A stretch of 63,778 bases of DNA, filler included, from Octopus bimaculoides (taxonomy: Eukaryota): NCBI RefSeq assembly GCF_001194135.2. It is 8 parts of 7 records of this genome, joined end to end, with 100 filler letters (N's around TTAATTAATTAA, not from the genome) between each part and the next. Parts side by side here need not be neighbours in the genome. Positions count along the whole stretch, not along the records: positions 34,698 to 46,626 come from NC_068981.1; positions 46,727 to 53,546 come from NC_068987.1; 6 more parts are not named here. One strand, given 5' to 3'. This document shows, piece by piece, positions 38,255 through 49,641 of this stretch; the first letter of the stretch is position 1, and each line of letters opens with the position of its first letter. Made by a program: the position numbers and the translations under genes. The notes below the pieces were generated by a model. It did not search any database. It had not been told where the DNA came from and worked only from the letters and a program-made list of their open reading frames with translations.

Positions 38255-38400
38255 TCTGCTTTTTCATGTTTGCATGAATTGGATGGAATTTGTTGAGACC
38301 AGATAAACTTACAGCTTGATGCCTTTCCTGTCACCAACCTTCATCTGTTTCCAAGCACAGTAATATTTCCCAATGGCTGGACATGTCTTAGAAGATTGGA
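38255..38400 (-). mobile_element. Diverged RTE 3' UTR copy
   Basis: (ATC)n tail followed by a degenerate match to the RTE 3' end. Confidence 0.6.
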
Positions 38401-38469
38401 ATCAAAGGGGAGAGCTTCCAGGACAGTCATGCTCACTTCCAACTGTCACACGGTGACAAGGCAAGGAAA

Positions 38470-38763
38470 CAGAAACACAAACATGCACACACACACACAA
38501 ACACACTCACACACACACATGCACAGACACATACAATACACATGTACACACAACACACATTCACACTCACACAACACACACACATGCTCACACACATTCA
38601 CTTTCACACACACAACACACACACACAACATACACACATGCACACACACACACACACAACACACACATACATACAACACAACACACATGCACACACGCTC
38701 ACATACACAACATACACACATATGGACACAAATACACACACACACACACAACACAACACCACA

Positions 38764-38805
<42 letters not shown>
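38470..38805. repeat. Long degenerate (CA)n microsatellite
   Basis: One of dozens of (CA)n, (TA)n, (TAA)n, (GATA)n and (TTTC)n tracts, many bordering N-gaps. Confidence 0.95.
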
Positions 38806-39173
38806 TGATGGGCTTCTTTCAGTTTCCCATCTACCAAATCCACTCATAAGACTTTGGCTGATCTGCGACAGGAGTAGAAGACATTTGCCCAAGGTGGCAT
38901 GCAGTGAGACTGAACCTGAAACCATGTGGTTGGGAAGCAAACTTCTTAACCACACAGCTACACCTTAATGGCTTCATCCAAACCTATTGATTTCTGTCCC
39001 TTGCCATTTTAAATCAGAACTGTTTGACAAAATACCTGGTAGTGTTTATTCTGGTCCTTTACGCTCTCTGTTTATCCCTTTGGGAATCAGTAAAGTGAAA
39101 CACCAGTCACTATAATTAGCTATTCTTCCCAATTTCAGGCCTTTTACCGATCTTAGAAGCAATACCATTGATC

Positions 39174-39212
39174 TCAGAGGGACAGAAAGTCTACAACAGC
39201 AGAATTTGGACT
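39174..39212 (-). CDS. Candidate terminal coding exon of the same unidentified gene
   Basis: Strong acceptor tgtttcctttttttgtcAG (39214-39213). In phase with the previous exon it reads SPNSAVVDFLSL*. AATAAA lies at 39050-39045. Confidence 0.3.
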   Translation of the reverse strand, partial: SPNSAVVDFLSL

Positions 39213-39629
39213 CTGACAAAAAAGGAAACATTACTAAACCGTGTAACCCTATAAGTACTACAGGCTTTCATATTTACTGCTGCAATGTTATATAATTAGT
39301 GACTTTTGAATTACATTGATATCTTGGAACCATAGACTAAAAGGGTGGAACATTGGTCCGATGAAGCCGATTGTCTGATGGTACTGACACTAAGGTTAGG
39401 TTACATTAGGAGTGGCTAATATCAACAATTACATGACAAAAGACAGAGGAATAAATACAGTACTTTTAATCAAGTACACAATCCAATCTGACAGTGTGAA
39501 ATACCTGTACACTGTAAATAATAATGAAATTATTGTGTCCGGTGCCCAGGTGCACGACAACTCATCAAAGGTGCATGTACAGTACATAGAATTATGTACA
39601 AAAGTCAAGAAAGTGAACAGTGTATGAGT

Positions 39630-39860
39630 CATGATATACATGGGTGCATGCGTATGGAGATGGGGATATCAGGTGTAGTGTCAGTGAATTTCAGGAAAGA
39701 TGGAGGTTTTAAAGGATACAGTGTCCTGGCAACTAACAACTGATGCTGGTAGTTTGTTCCATGCTTCAGCAACTCTGAGTGTGAAAATATGTTTCTGAAA
39801 GTCATGGGAACTGTGCTGTTTTCTGACTTTGTAGACATGCCCACATGTGTTAGACACATG
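39630..39860 (-). mobile_element. CR1-type LINE 3' end
   Basis: FTLRVAEAWNKLPASVVSCQDTVSFK matches the CR1 ORF2 C-terminal RV..WN.LP..VV motif. Confidence 0.75.
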
Positions 39861-39902
39861 GAGCTCAGATATACAACATGTTTAATTTAAAATCAGACTT
39901 AC

Positions 39903-39988
39903 CATGGATGGTGAAGAGGTGTTGTTGATATGCTGTGATTTTGTCCGTTGCTTCCAAAATCCATTAAAGGGAGATCCATAGTACCAAG
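39903..39988 (-). CDS. Candidate internal exon of an unidentified gene
   Basis: Acceptor ttacacttatAG (39990-39989) and perfect donor ATG|GTAAGT (39902). The phase-1 frame is open: (A)WYYGSPFNGFWKQRTKSQHINNTSSPSM. No homology recognised. Confidence 0.35.
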
Positions 39989-40189
39989 CTATAAGTGTAA
40001 TTAAATTGGCTTCAAATTTTGGCACATGGCCAGCAATTTCTGTGGAAGGGGTTAAGTCGACCCAGACCTTTGAAGATATGCTGTGCTTGAGAAGATCTGG
40101 CAAGCCAAGTGAGATTGTAGCTGTGGCCAATGCCAGTGTTGCATAACTGGCTAATTTAAAAGTATCCCTTCAACTGCCGGGCAAAAGAC

Positions 40190-40490
40190 CTGTTGCGTGA
40201 AGTAAAATCATGGTCATGGCCACTGTCAGTGCCACCTGACTGGCACCCGTCCCAGTGGCACATAAAAAGCACCATTCGAGTGTGGTTGATGCCAGTGCCA
40301 CCTGACTTGGCCCCCATGCCGGTGGCATGTAAAAAGCACCCACTACAGTCCCAGAGTGGTTGGCGATAGGAAGGGCATCCAGCTGTAGAAACCTTGCCAG
40401 ACAAGATTGGAGCCTGGTGCAGCCTCCTGGCTTGCCAGTCCTCATCCAACCCATGCCAGCATGGAAAGTGGGCGTTAAACGATGATGATG
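40190..40490 (+). mobile_element. RTE 3' UTR copy
   Basis: Same 3' end with a (GAT)n tail. Confidence 0.85.
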
Positions 40491-41063
40491 TTGGAATATA
40501 AAGTCAAAAAATGCATGAACATCGCAACATCTTGCAATAATTTCCCATTTTCTTTTGATTAAAATATAACCACAGTTTTGATAGCTTGCAAAAAAACAAC
40601 AACAAAAAAAAAGATAAAAAGTCATGTTTTTGTTAACTTGTTGATGGAAATGATTTCACATTGNNNNNNNNNNNNNNNNNNNNNNNNNNNNNNNNNNNNN
40701 NNNNNNNNNNNNNNNNNNNNNNNNNNNNNNNNNNNNNNNNNNNNNNNNNNNNNNNNNNNNNNNNNNNNNNNNNNNNNNNNNNNNNNNNNNNNNNNNNNNN
40801 NNNNNNNNNNNNNNNNNNNNNNNNNNNNNNNNNNNNNNNNNNNNNNNNNNNNNNNNNNNNNNNNNNNNNNNNNNNNNNNNNNNNNNNNNNNNNNNNNNNN
40901 NNNNNNNNNNNNNNNNNNNNNNNNNNNNNNNNNNNNNNNNNNNNNNNNNNNNNNNNNNNNNNNNNNNNNNNNNNNNNNNNNNNNNNNNNNNNNNNNNNNN
41001 NNNNNNNNNNNNNNNNNNNNNNNNNNNNNNNNNNNNNNNNNNNNNNNNNNNNNNNNNNNNNTT

Positions 41064-41146
<83 letters not shown>

Positions 41147-41167
41147 GTCTTTCTTTCTTTCTTTCTG

Positions 41168-41201
<34 letters not shown>

Positions 41202-41603
41202 TTCTTTTCTTTCTTTCATTTTTTTCCTTTTAATTCTTTTATCTCTATTGCTATGTATGTATGTATGTATGTATGTATGTATGTATGTGTGGGTACATAT
41301 GCGTATGTGTGAAAGTGCACGTCTATGTATGTATATGTCTATGTGAACATGTACGTGTGCATGTGTGTGTATATATGTGGCTATGCATGTAATTCTAGAC
41401 ACACAGTTAAGTAGTTACACCCAGATGACAATCATAAGATCATGTGTTCAATTCTTGGACCGAACAGCACATTATACCCTTGAGCAAGGCCCTTCATTTC
41501 GCATTTACTCTGGTCTACACAACTGTAACAAATAACAGCTGAATGCTGATGCAGTTCTCTCTTCCTTCAGCTGTCACCTCCTGAATTTCCATTCAGTTTA
41601 GGG

Positions 41604-41928
41604 TAGAGGTCCTCAAACTTTTTGGGCCACTGCCCACTCATGGCCACATAATACCCTCGGCACCCCCACCCCTATTTTTATATATAAATAAATATTTTAC
41701 ATTTTACTAATTTATATATTCTTTGAATCATTTGATATTTAATATAATATTATATAATTTGTATACAATACTATAATAATGTTATAATAATTTCATAGCG
41801 TCCCCCAATCCACTGCCTTCCTTCCAATGACTCCTTTTTCTCTGACGCCCCCCTCACTACCCCCTTGGACACCAGTGCCCACCTGGACCCGCTCAACGCC
41901 TGCTGGGGTCCCACTTTGAGAACCTGTG
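41604..41928. mobile_element. hAT-type MITE
   Basis: Imperfect TIRs TAGAGGTCCTCAAA and TTTGAGAACCTGTG, GC-rich subtermini and an AT-rich core. Confidence 0.6.
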
Positions 41929-42179
41929 GACCAGGGTGAGAGGACTCCAGAGCGTACCCATGTCTGATCACAGTGACGTAAAAACTTAAGACAATTAATA
42001 AAAGCCTGGCACATATCATCAAGCCTTCTTCCCTTGTGAGTGACAGATATGCTTTTAAGTGGGACTTATTTCAACCCCATCATGCCATGTTCCTGCTTTA
42101 TTAGGAATAGCTTAAATGTCATCCCTGCCGGAGTAACGAACCACACATGCAGAAAAAAGCAGATGAGATACTAAAATTA

Positions 42180-42760
42180 GGCGCAGGTGTGGCTGTGTGG
42201 TAAGTAGCTTGCTTACCAACCACACGGTTCTGGATTCAGTCCCACTTCGTGGCACCTTGGGCAAGTGTCTTCACCATAGCCTCGAGGCCAACCAAAGCCT
42301 TGTGAGTGGATTTGGTAGAAGGAATCTGAAAGAAGCTTGTCATATATCATCATCATCATCATCATCATTGTTTAACGTCCGTTTTCCATGCTGGCATGGG
42401 TTGGACGGTTTGACTGAGGTCTGGAGAGGCAGCGGCTGCACCAGGCTCCAATCTGATCTGGCAAGGTTTCTACAGCTGGCTGCCCTTCCTAATGCCAACC
42501 ACTCTGAGAGTGTAGTGAGTACTTCTTCTATGCCACCGGCACAGTTTTACGTGCCATTGGCACAGTTTTGCATGCCACCAGCACACTATTGCTTGACAAC
42601 TGATGCTGGTTTGTTTATGTCCCTGTAACTTAGCAGTTCGGCAAAAGAGACCAATACAATAAGTACTAGATTTACAAAGAATAAGTCCTGGGGTTGATTG
42701 TTCAATTAAAGGCGGTGCTCCAGCATGGCCGCAGTCAAATGACTGAAACAAGTAAGAGTT
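42180..42760 (+). mobile_element. SINE family C split by an inverted RTE 3' end
   Basis: Head at 42180-42345 and tail at about 42590-42760. Confidence 0.85.
42345..42585 (-). mobile_element. RTE 3' UTR copy nested inside a SINE
   Basis: (ATC)n tail and RTE 3' end lie between the head and tail halves of the SINE at 42180-42760. Confidence 0.8.
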
Positions 42761-42829
42761 AAAGAGAGAGAGTACCCTTTTAATCATTACAGCGAAACAA
42801 TTCCCTACCCTTTTAACAATCATAGCCAC

Positions 42830-43340
42830 AAAATTACCCACCCAGTTAACTAATCACCTGTACATCTACTTAACCAGTCAAAAGACACGGTTATGCAACT
42901 GCGTACCCAGTTAACCATCACAGCTATACATCTACATCCCACTTAACCGTTACAGCTATACATCCCACTTAACCGTTACAACTACAGAACTTGCTACCCA
43001 GTTAACTAGCCACATGGCCATACAACTAGCCATACGGCCATAAAACTAACCACAGGGTCATACAACTGGCTAAACTGTCATACGAATAGCCGTCTGGACA
43101 TACAACTAGCCATACAGCTATAAAACTAGCCACAGGATCATATGACTAGCCATGATGTCATACAAATAACCACATGGCCATACAACTANNNNNNNNNNTA
43201 TAAAACTAGCCACAGGATCATATGACTAGCCATGATGTCATACAAATAACCACATGGCCATACAACTAACCATGTGGCCAAAAAGTAGCCACAAGGCCAT
43301 ACAGCTAGCCATACCATCATATACCTAGCCATACAGTCAT
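42830..43340. repeat. Degenerate ~12-bp minisatellite
   Basis: Units such as CATACAACTAGC and CACATGGCCATA, preceded by CCCA(G/C)TTAACC units. Confidence 0.8.
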
Positions 43341-43719
43341 ACAACTGGTCATCCAGGAAAACTTCTGAAAGAAAATATTTTTACGATAGCCATAGGAATC
43401 TTTTAATGAGAAAATAATAATGAAAGACATCCTGCAGAAACTTAACTTCGAAATAACTCGGCAGCAGCTAGAAAACAGCAAACAGCAAAACACAACATTG
43501 TATATAACGAAGAAAAGAAAAAAAGGAAGAAAGAAGGGAGAGACAAGTGTAAATAATTGCCATAGCAATAATAGTGAATGGACAGAATGCATTGTTATGC
43601 AGAAGCTGACTGCAAAACTATGAAGTTACTCTGACTCAACTCTTGAAATGAAAATATTTTAGCATGTCAAAAAACAAAAATATCTTCATTACTGCATTTA
43701 TGATTTGTACAACAGAAAT

Positions 43720-43762
<43 letters not shown>

Positions 43763-44153
43763 CTGTGTAAAGACATTTGGAAGAGGTTACATTATAGAAA
43801 TAGAAATGTTTCACAAGATGTCAATACTAAGGTTTGTTTAATACTGTCAGAGCTTTTATTCATCTTCAACATTTATTTTGTATATATATATATACATATA
43901 TATATGTTCTAGGCTGTAAGGAAGAAAACTTTTGAGGTATTTCTCAAACAAAGAACACATAAATAAATGAAAGAATGAATGAATGAATGAATAGGCATGA
44001 CTGTGTGGTTAAGACATTTGCTTCATAACCACATGGTTTTGGGTTCAATCTCAACACGTAGCACATTGGGTAAATGTCTTTTACGGCTGCCTCAAGCATA
44101 CTAACATCTTGTGAATGAGTTTTGAGAGGGGAAACTGTATGGAAGTCTATCGT

Positions 44154-44268
<115 letters not shown>

Positions 44269-44841
44269 GACAAAGAGAGAGGTAGTGATACAGATAAACA
44301 GATGAAGGAATGAAAGGAGCTGGACTTAAGGTAATATCTCTGTGTGACTATTTACTGGTTTCATACCCAAGACCTTTTGCACATTACATAAATCTGAGGC
44401 TCTTGAAACAGCTGTCGAGTTAAGAACTTATGTATTCTCTTCTTAGTATTCTGTACTTTTTGTGCTCTATGTAAATATGTGTGTGTGTGTGTGTGTTTAG
44501 CCGAATTGAGTTTATGTACTTCATTACCTCCATATTAGCTCATCTTGGATTTCTCTTATAGCCACCCTTGATGCAGTGGACCTAGTCTAGGATGAAGAAT
44601 TTAGAGTGATTATGCGAATAAGGAGTCCAATGAAGGTCATATATCAGCATGTGTGATAAAAAAAAATTTTTTTTCAGAATGAGACAAAAAACCAAGGCTG
44701 TGAAGATTTTAGAACATTCATAAATAGAAGGTCTGTGAAATAAAGGTTGAACCATGAAAAATTGAGATTCAGTTGAATTAGGTACTTAAGCTGAAGCACC
44801 AAGTCAGTCCGGTATTATTTGCACAGCTCGAAGTAAGGTGA

Positions 44842-45464
44842 ATAAAATCAAAATAAGCAACAGGATATCAAGTTGTGATGCAGTATGAACGTTTCAAGCA
44901 GCTCCATTTAATTGAACAATACTATCATTACATGAATTTAAATGCAGAGCTATCCTCAGCTGTACAAATAAACAGAATTTTAACCAGTTGGACACATTAA
45001 TATAATTTTTTCTCAAATACTTTAACAGAGCAAGAAGATGGAAGAAATCCATGTTGTCGATATTGAAGCTAAGAATAGACTACACTTCCAAGAAAGGCAT
45101 GAAGCCGACTGGGGTCATAGCTCGTAAAGGATTGTGGTGCATTTCTAATTTATTTGTCTTTTTATCAACTACTAAATCTAAGACTAAAGGACTGTGTCTG
45201 TTTAGAATGAAGGGCAAGAGTGAGTTGGCAGCTAATGGCTAGGTATGGTCATAAATATTGTCAAGACATTAGGAGTAGTAAATTGGGTATAGAGTTACTG
45301 TCTGTAAAAGGAGGCTGAGTAGGGGAAGACCCTAAATCATGTGCAACTGATGATAGCTCTGCATTTAAATTGATGTAATGATTGCAATGTTCAATTAGAT
45401 GGAGTTGCTTGAAACGGTTGTACTGCATCACTTCTTGATATCCTATTGCATATTTTGATTTTAT
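44842..45464. repeat. Imperfect inverted repeat, ~124-bp arms, ~375-bp spacer
   Basis: 44842-44965 aligns to the reverse complement of 45341-45464 (ATAAAATCAAAATA.GCAA.AGGATATCAAG..GTGATGCAGTA...). Confidence 0.9.
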
Positions 45465-45499
45465 ATATATATGCCAGGGGTGTAACCAGCCCACTTAGG

Positions 45500-45920
45500 C
45501 GTACCTTTCTTTCATTGGACACTAAACTCTGCTTGCAAAGATCTGTTGAGGCAAGTGAAATCGAAATCAAATTCGATGGCAGCACCGCATGACTGGCATC
45601 CGTGCTAGTGGAGTGCTAAGAGCACCATCTGAGCATGATCGTTGCCAGGGCCACTGACTGGCCCCCATGCCGGTGACACGTAAAAAGCACCATTCGAGTG
45701 TGATTATTACCAGTGTCGCCTTACTGGCACTTGTGCCAGTGGTACGTGAAATACAGTATTCGAGTGAGGGCGTTGCCAGTGCCGCTGGACTGGCTCCTGT
45801 GCAGGTGACACGTAAAAACACCATTTGAGCATGGCTGTTGCCAGTACTGCCTGACTGGTCCTCGTGCTGGTGGCATGTAAAAGCACCCACTACACTCTCG
45901 GAGTGGATGGCGTTAGGAAG
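45500..45920 (+). mobile_element. RTE 3' UTR copy, tail deleted
   Basis: GGACACTAAACTCTGCTTGC...GTGGCACGTAAAAAGCACC subrepeats as in 49900-50400. Confidence 0.85.
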
Positions 45921-45954
45921 ATATATATAATATGATATGATATGGTATGATATG

Positions 45955-46270
45955 AAGGTGTGTGGTTTAGTGGTCAGGGTATTTCGCTTATGAATATAAA
46001 ACCCTGAGCTTGATTCCCAGCAACACATTGTGTCCTTGAGCAAGACATTTTATTTCACGTTGCTCCAGTCCACTCAGCTGGCAAAAATGAGTTGTACCTG
46101 TAGTTCAAAGGAACCAGCCTTATCATGCTGTGTGTCATGCTGAATCTCCCTGAGAACTATGTTAAAGCTACATGTGTCTGTGGAGTACTCAGCCACTCGC
46201 ATGTTAATTTCAGGAGCAGGTTGTTTTGTTGATTGGATCAACTGGAACACTTGTTGTTGTAACTGATGAG
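45955..46270 (+). mobile_element. SINE with a family B 3' body but a different head and core
   Basis: GTGTGGTTTAGTGG...CCTTGAGCAAGACA...CAGTCCACTCAGCTG joined to the family B body. Confidence 0.65.
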
Positions 46271-46573
46271 TGGATTTGATAGATGGAAACTGAAAGAAGC
46301 CTGTCATATATATATCTATATATATGCACGTGTGTGTATATGTTTGTGTCTGTATTTGTCCCCCCAACATCGTTTGACAACTGATGCTGGTGTGTTTACA
46401 TCCCTATAACTTAGCGGTTCAGCAAAAGAGCAAAGAGACCAATAGAATAAGTACTAGGCTTCCAAAGAATAAGTCCTGGGGTCGATTTGCTCAACTAAAG
46501 GCAGTGCTCCAGCATGGCTGCAGTCAAATGACTGAAACAAGTAAAAGAGTTAAATTATAATTATTATTATTAA

Positions 46574-46621
<48 letters not shown>

Positions 46622-46791
46622 CATTANNNNNNNNNNNNNNNNNNNNNNNNNNNNNNNNNNNNNNNNNNNNTTAATTAATTAANNNNNNNNNNNNNNNNNN
46701 NNNNNNNNNNNNNNNNNNNNNNNNNNATATATATATATATATATATATATAATACATACACACATACATGTATGTATATGTGCATATTCAT

Positions 46792-47370
46792 ATCTATTAT
46801 ATAAAAGTCAATGTCTTTATGTGTGTTTGTGTGTTCGAAAACTACTGTATCAATCCTAATGAAATTTCGAACACAAAATCCTAGCCTAGGAAGAAGGGTA
46901 ATGCTGTGTGCTTCATACATGGACCAAAATTAATGAATGGATCCTTATGATATTTGGAACGTAGATTCAATGCATAAGGGCGGGTATAATGCAGTATGTT
47001 TGGTTTGAATTTGGGATGGCTTAAAGGGGACAGAGCACTCATGAAAATTCATAAAATTTCAATGTTGATGAAATTTCAACCATGGGTAATTGACACACAT
47101 CAAGAAGTATTCTCAAAGTTTCCACTTCTCATGAGGATTCTAACACTCCCTAATGGGCCTTAACTTGCAAATTTTAGTCATTTTTTATGATCCAAAAGTA
47201 GGTCAAAAGTACTGAATGGATCTTTATAAAATTTGGTAATTATATTCTATGCATAAGGGCCATAACCCCCATGAAAATTCATACATTCTTGCTGTTGATG
47301 AAATTTTAACCATAGATATTACACACAAATGTAATATTTCTAAAATTTCATCTTCTTAGAAGTTACAAAG
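46792..47370 (+). mobile_element. Helitron/DINE-like non-autonomous element, 5' part
   Basis: ATCTATTATATAAAAG start, GT-rich microsatellite, AAAACTACTG..ATGAAATTT core, internal ATGAAAATTCATA..GTTGATGAAATTT subrepeats. Confidence 0.6.
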
Positions 47371-48294
47371 ACCCTGTAAGAACGACCGTGTGAACCCAAA
47401 AAGGAGAAATGGTGACTAATGGAAAAACAGGGCTCCTTTTATTAAACGCGTCACACGGTCGAACACAAAAATTATATCAAATGATGATAAATATGTGTTA
47501 TACTTCGATAACATAGTGAATTCGTAAATGGCCAGTAAGGAAGACGATAGAACACAACCGATAAAGATGAATAACAGAAATATTTATTGTAGCATTAAAA
47601 TGTATGTCTGTGTGTGAGTGTGAATGCGATATAATGAAAACATAATAAAAGACAGGCCGTCGTGTAAAGAAAAGAGTGTGTGTAAGTGATACATGTATGT
47701 GTATGCGTGAGATACAGCAGATAGAAAAAGAGTCAGTAACACATATAAGAATTTGCCAGTTCTTAGAGTACACAATAGTAACAGTCTGTATGTAAGAAGT
47801 TGAGGCGTGTGTCTCAGAGCGATCACTCGTTGTGATGNNNNNNNNNNNNNNNNNNNNNNNNNNNNNNNNNNNNNNNNNNNNNNNNNNNNNNNNNNNNNNN
47901 NNNNNNNNNNNNNNNNNNNNNNNNNNNNNNNNNNNNNNNNNNNNNNNNNNNNNNNNNNNNNNNNNNNNNNNNNNNNNNNNNNNNNNNNNNNNNNNNNNNN
48001 NNNNNNNNNNNNNNNNNNNNNNNNNNNNNNNNNNNNNNNNNNNNNNNNNNNNNNNNNNNNNNNNNNNNNNNNNNNNNNNNNNNNNNNNNNNNNNNNNNNN
48101 NNNNNNNNNNNNNNNNNNNNNNNNNNNNNNNNNNNNNNNNNNNNNNNNNNNNNNNNNNNNNNNNNNNNNNNNNNNNNNNNNNNNNNNNNNNNNNNNNNNN
48201 NNNNNNNNNNNNNNNNNNNNNNNNNNNNNNNNNNNNNNNNNNNGCTGCTGCTGCTCTGTGTGGTACACGGAACAGGTCTCTAAGAGATCTGAAC

Positions 48295-48410
48295 CGAGAC
48301 GAATTTGCTGGGTATCTAGCAGTCTATTTATAGCTGAAAGTAGGCTCCGATGGAGTATTAGAAAAACACTATCACGTGACCTTATTAGTGGCTGTGATTG
48401 GTCAGTTTGC
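48295..48410 (-). promoter_or_regulatory. Pol II core promoter, leftward-firing
   Basis: Minus strand reads GACCAATCAC (48403-48394), GGTCACGTGAT E-box (48381-48371) and TATAAATAG (48332-48324), in canonical order and spacing for a TSS near 48300. Non-repetitive and CpG-containing context. Confidence 0.6.
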
Positions 48411-49329
48411 GTTCTGGCGGGAACGGTACGAAGCAGTTGCCGCTTCAAATAATAATCAGTCATGTGATGGATACAGCAGGCTGCTCTCTACTACGCCCGA
48501 ACTTGAATATATTTATAACAGCGAGAGAAGATGGCTTCTTTGTATATAATGGCGATCGAGGTGTTAGTTTCACTACAACCCCTTTATGAGAACTTAACAC
48601 CCACAATTTAGTTATTTTATCTAAGCAAAGACGAAAACAGGTGTACTCTTGGAAGCTGTAGGGTCACCCGAGCATAAAAGAGGAGCATTATTTGTAATTC
48701 AATGGTAGCAGTTTGCTTTGAGATATACTTAGATTGGGATTTCTGCAATGTGTTGAGTAAATTGTCGAGTAAATGAGAGGCATGTTTGCCTCCACTGATT
48801 TAGTTGCAAAGTGTTCAGTAAAGTTATTTGGCTGCAGACCTCCTTTGAGTCTTTTAATTGTCACTGGGTCACACATACTCCCCCGATGGTAATATTGATT
48901 TCAAGGCCTTCCCAGATGAGTGACTGGTTATTGAAAGACATTTATAGATTGTAGATTTATTCTGTCCAGTTACCTATCGGCATAGTGGTCATTTGCAAAC
49001 TCCAGAGGTGACACTTTCATTTCCCCTTAGCCCTCATGTCACACAGTTGTTAATGTTTCAGTTGAGTCACGCCCTTCCAATTGCTATAGATCCGTAATGC
49101 ATCTTACGGCTGTGCCTTTCACCTGTATAATGAGGAATCTTACATTGGGGAGTAGTAACGACTAGGGTAGAGTAGCTGACTGCTTATTGTGATCATTTGT
49201 CTTTTGGTTTCCTGTAGCTTTGCTCTCTTTTACAAACCCAGTGAACATACATGTATTTCCTATTTCACAGAAATTTGAACAATACATATAAGACTCAACT
49301 TAAAAAGATTCTCAACAATTCAACTTCTC

Positions 49330-49641
49330 TGGTTGACATTAAGACACCCACTCTCAATAGGGCCCTTAACTCCCACATTTTACAGCTCCATGACCTCCAT
49401 TTTTCAGGAGCAAAATCCTTTTAACAGGTTCCATAAGACTGGAATTTGGGAATCTGCACATAAAGATCAGTAGTATGGGATGCATGTGTCATGATTACAA
49501 TTTTTTTAGGGTGTGTAAAGAGGGCCACAATTTTGATGAAATTCAAATCATAGATATTCCAGTTCATTACAGAAAATATAACAGAAAAGTCTAATTCTTC
49601 AATTGCATATAACATGGGCAACGCCAGGTATCTCTGCTGGT
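49330..49641 (+). mobile_element. Helitron/DINE-like element, 3' part
   Basis: TTGATGAAATTC core and a terminal GGGCAACGCCAGGTA..GCTGGTA resembling the hairpin plus CTAGT 3' end. Confidence 0.6.

Noticed and set aside
38396-38968. His/Thr-, Cys/Val-, Ile/Tyr-, poly-Ile, poly-Leu and poly-Asn ORFs throughout
   Set aside because: Translations of (CA)n, (TA)n and (TAA)n microsatellites and SINE bodies.
43119-43268. ~70-bp exact duplication around a 10-N gap
   Set aside because: Same overlap artefact.
42830-43340. CRISPR-like repeat-spacer array
   Set aside because: Contiguous degenerate units with no unique spacers, in eukaryotic context with no cas genes.
47383-47461. 79-nt hairpin with 11-bp outer and 8-bp inner arms
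   Set aside because: The stem is too interrupted to support a miRNA or MITE call without data.
47498-48463. 321-aa ORF with poly-Q across the gap
   Set aside because: Its N-terminal part is the promoter motifs themselves, the C-terminal part is low complexity, and the middle is Ns.
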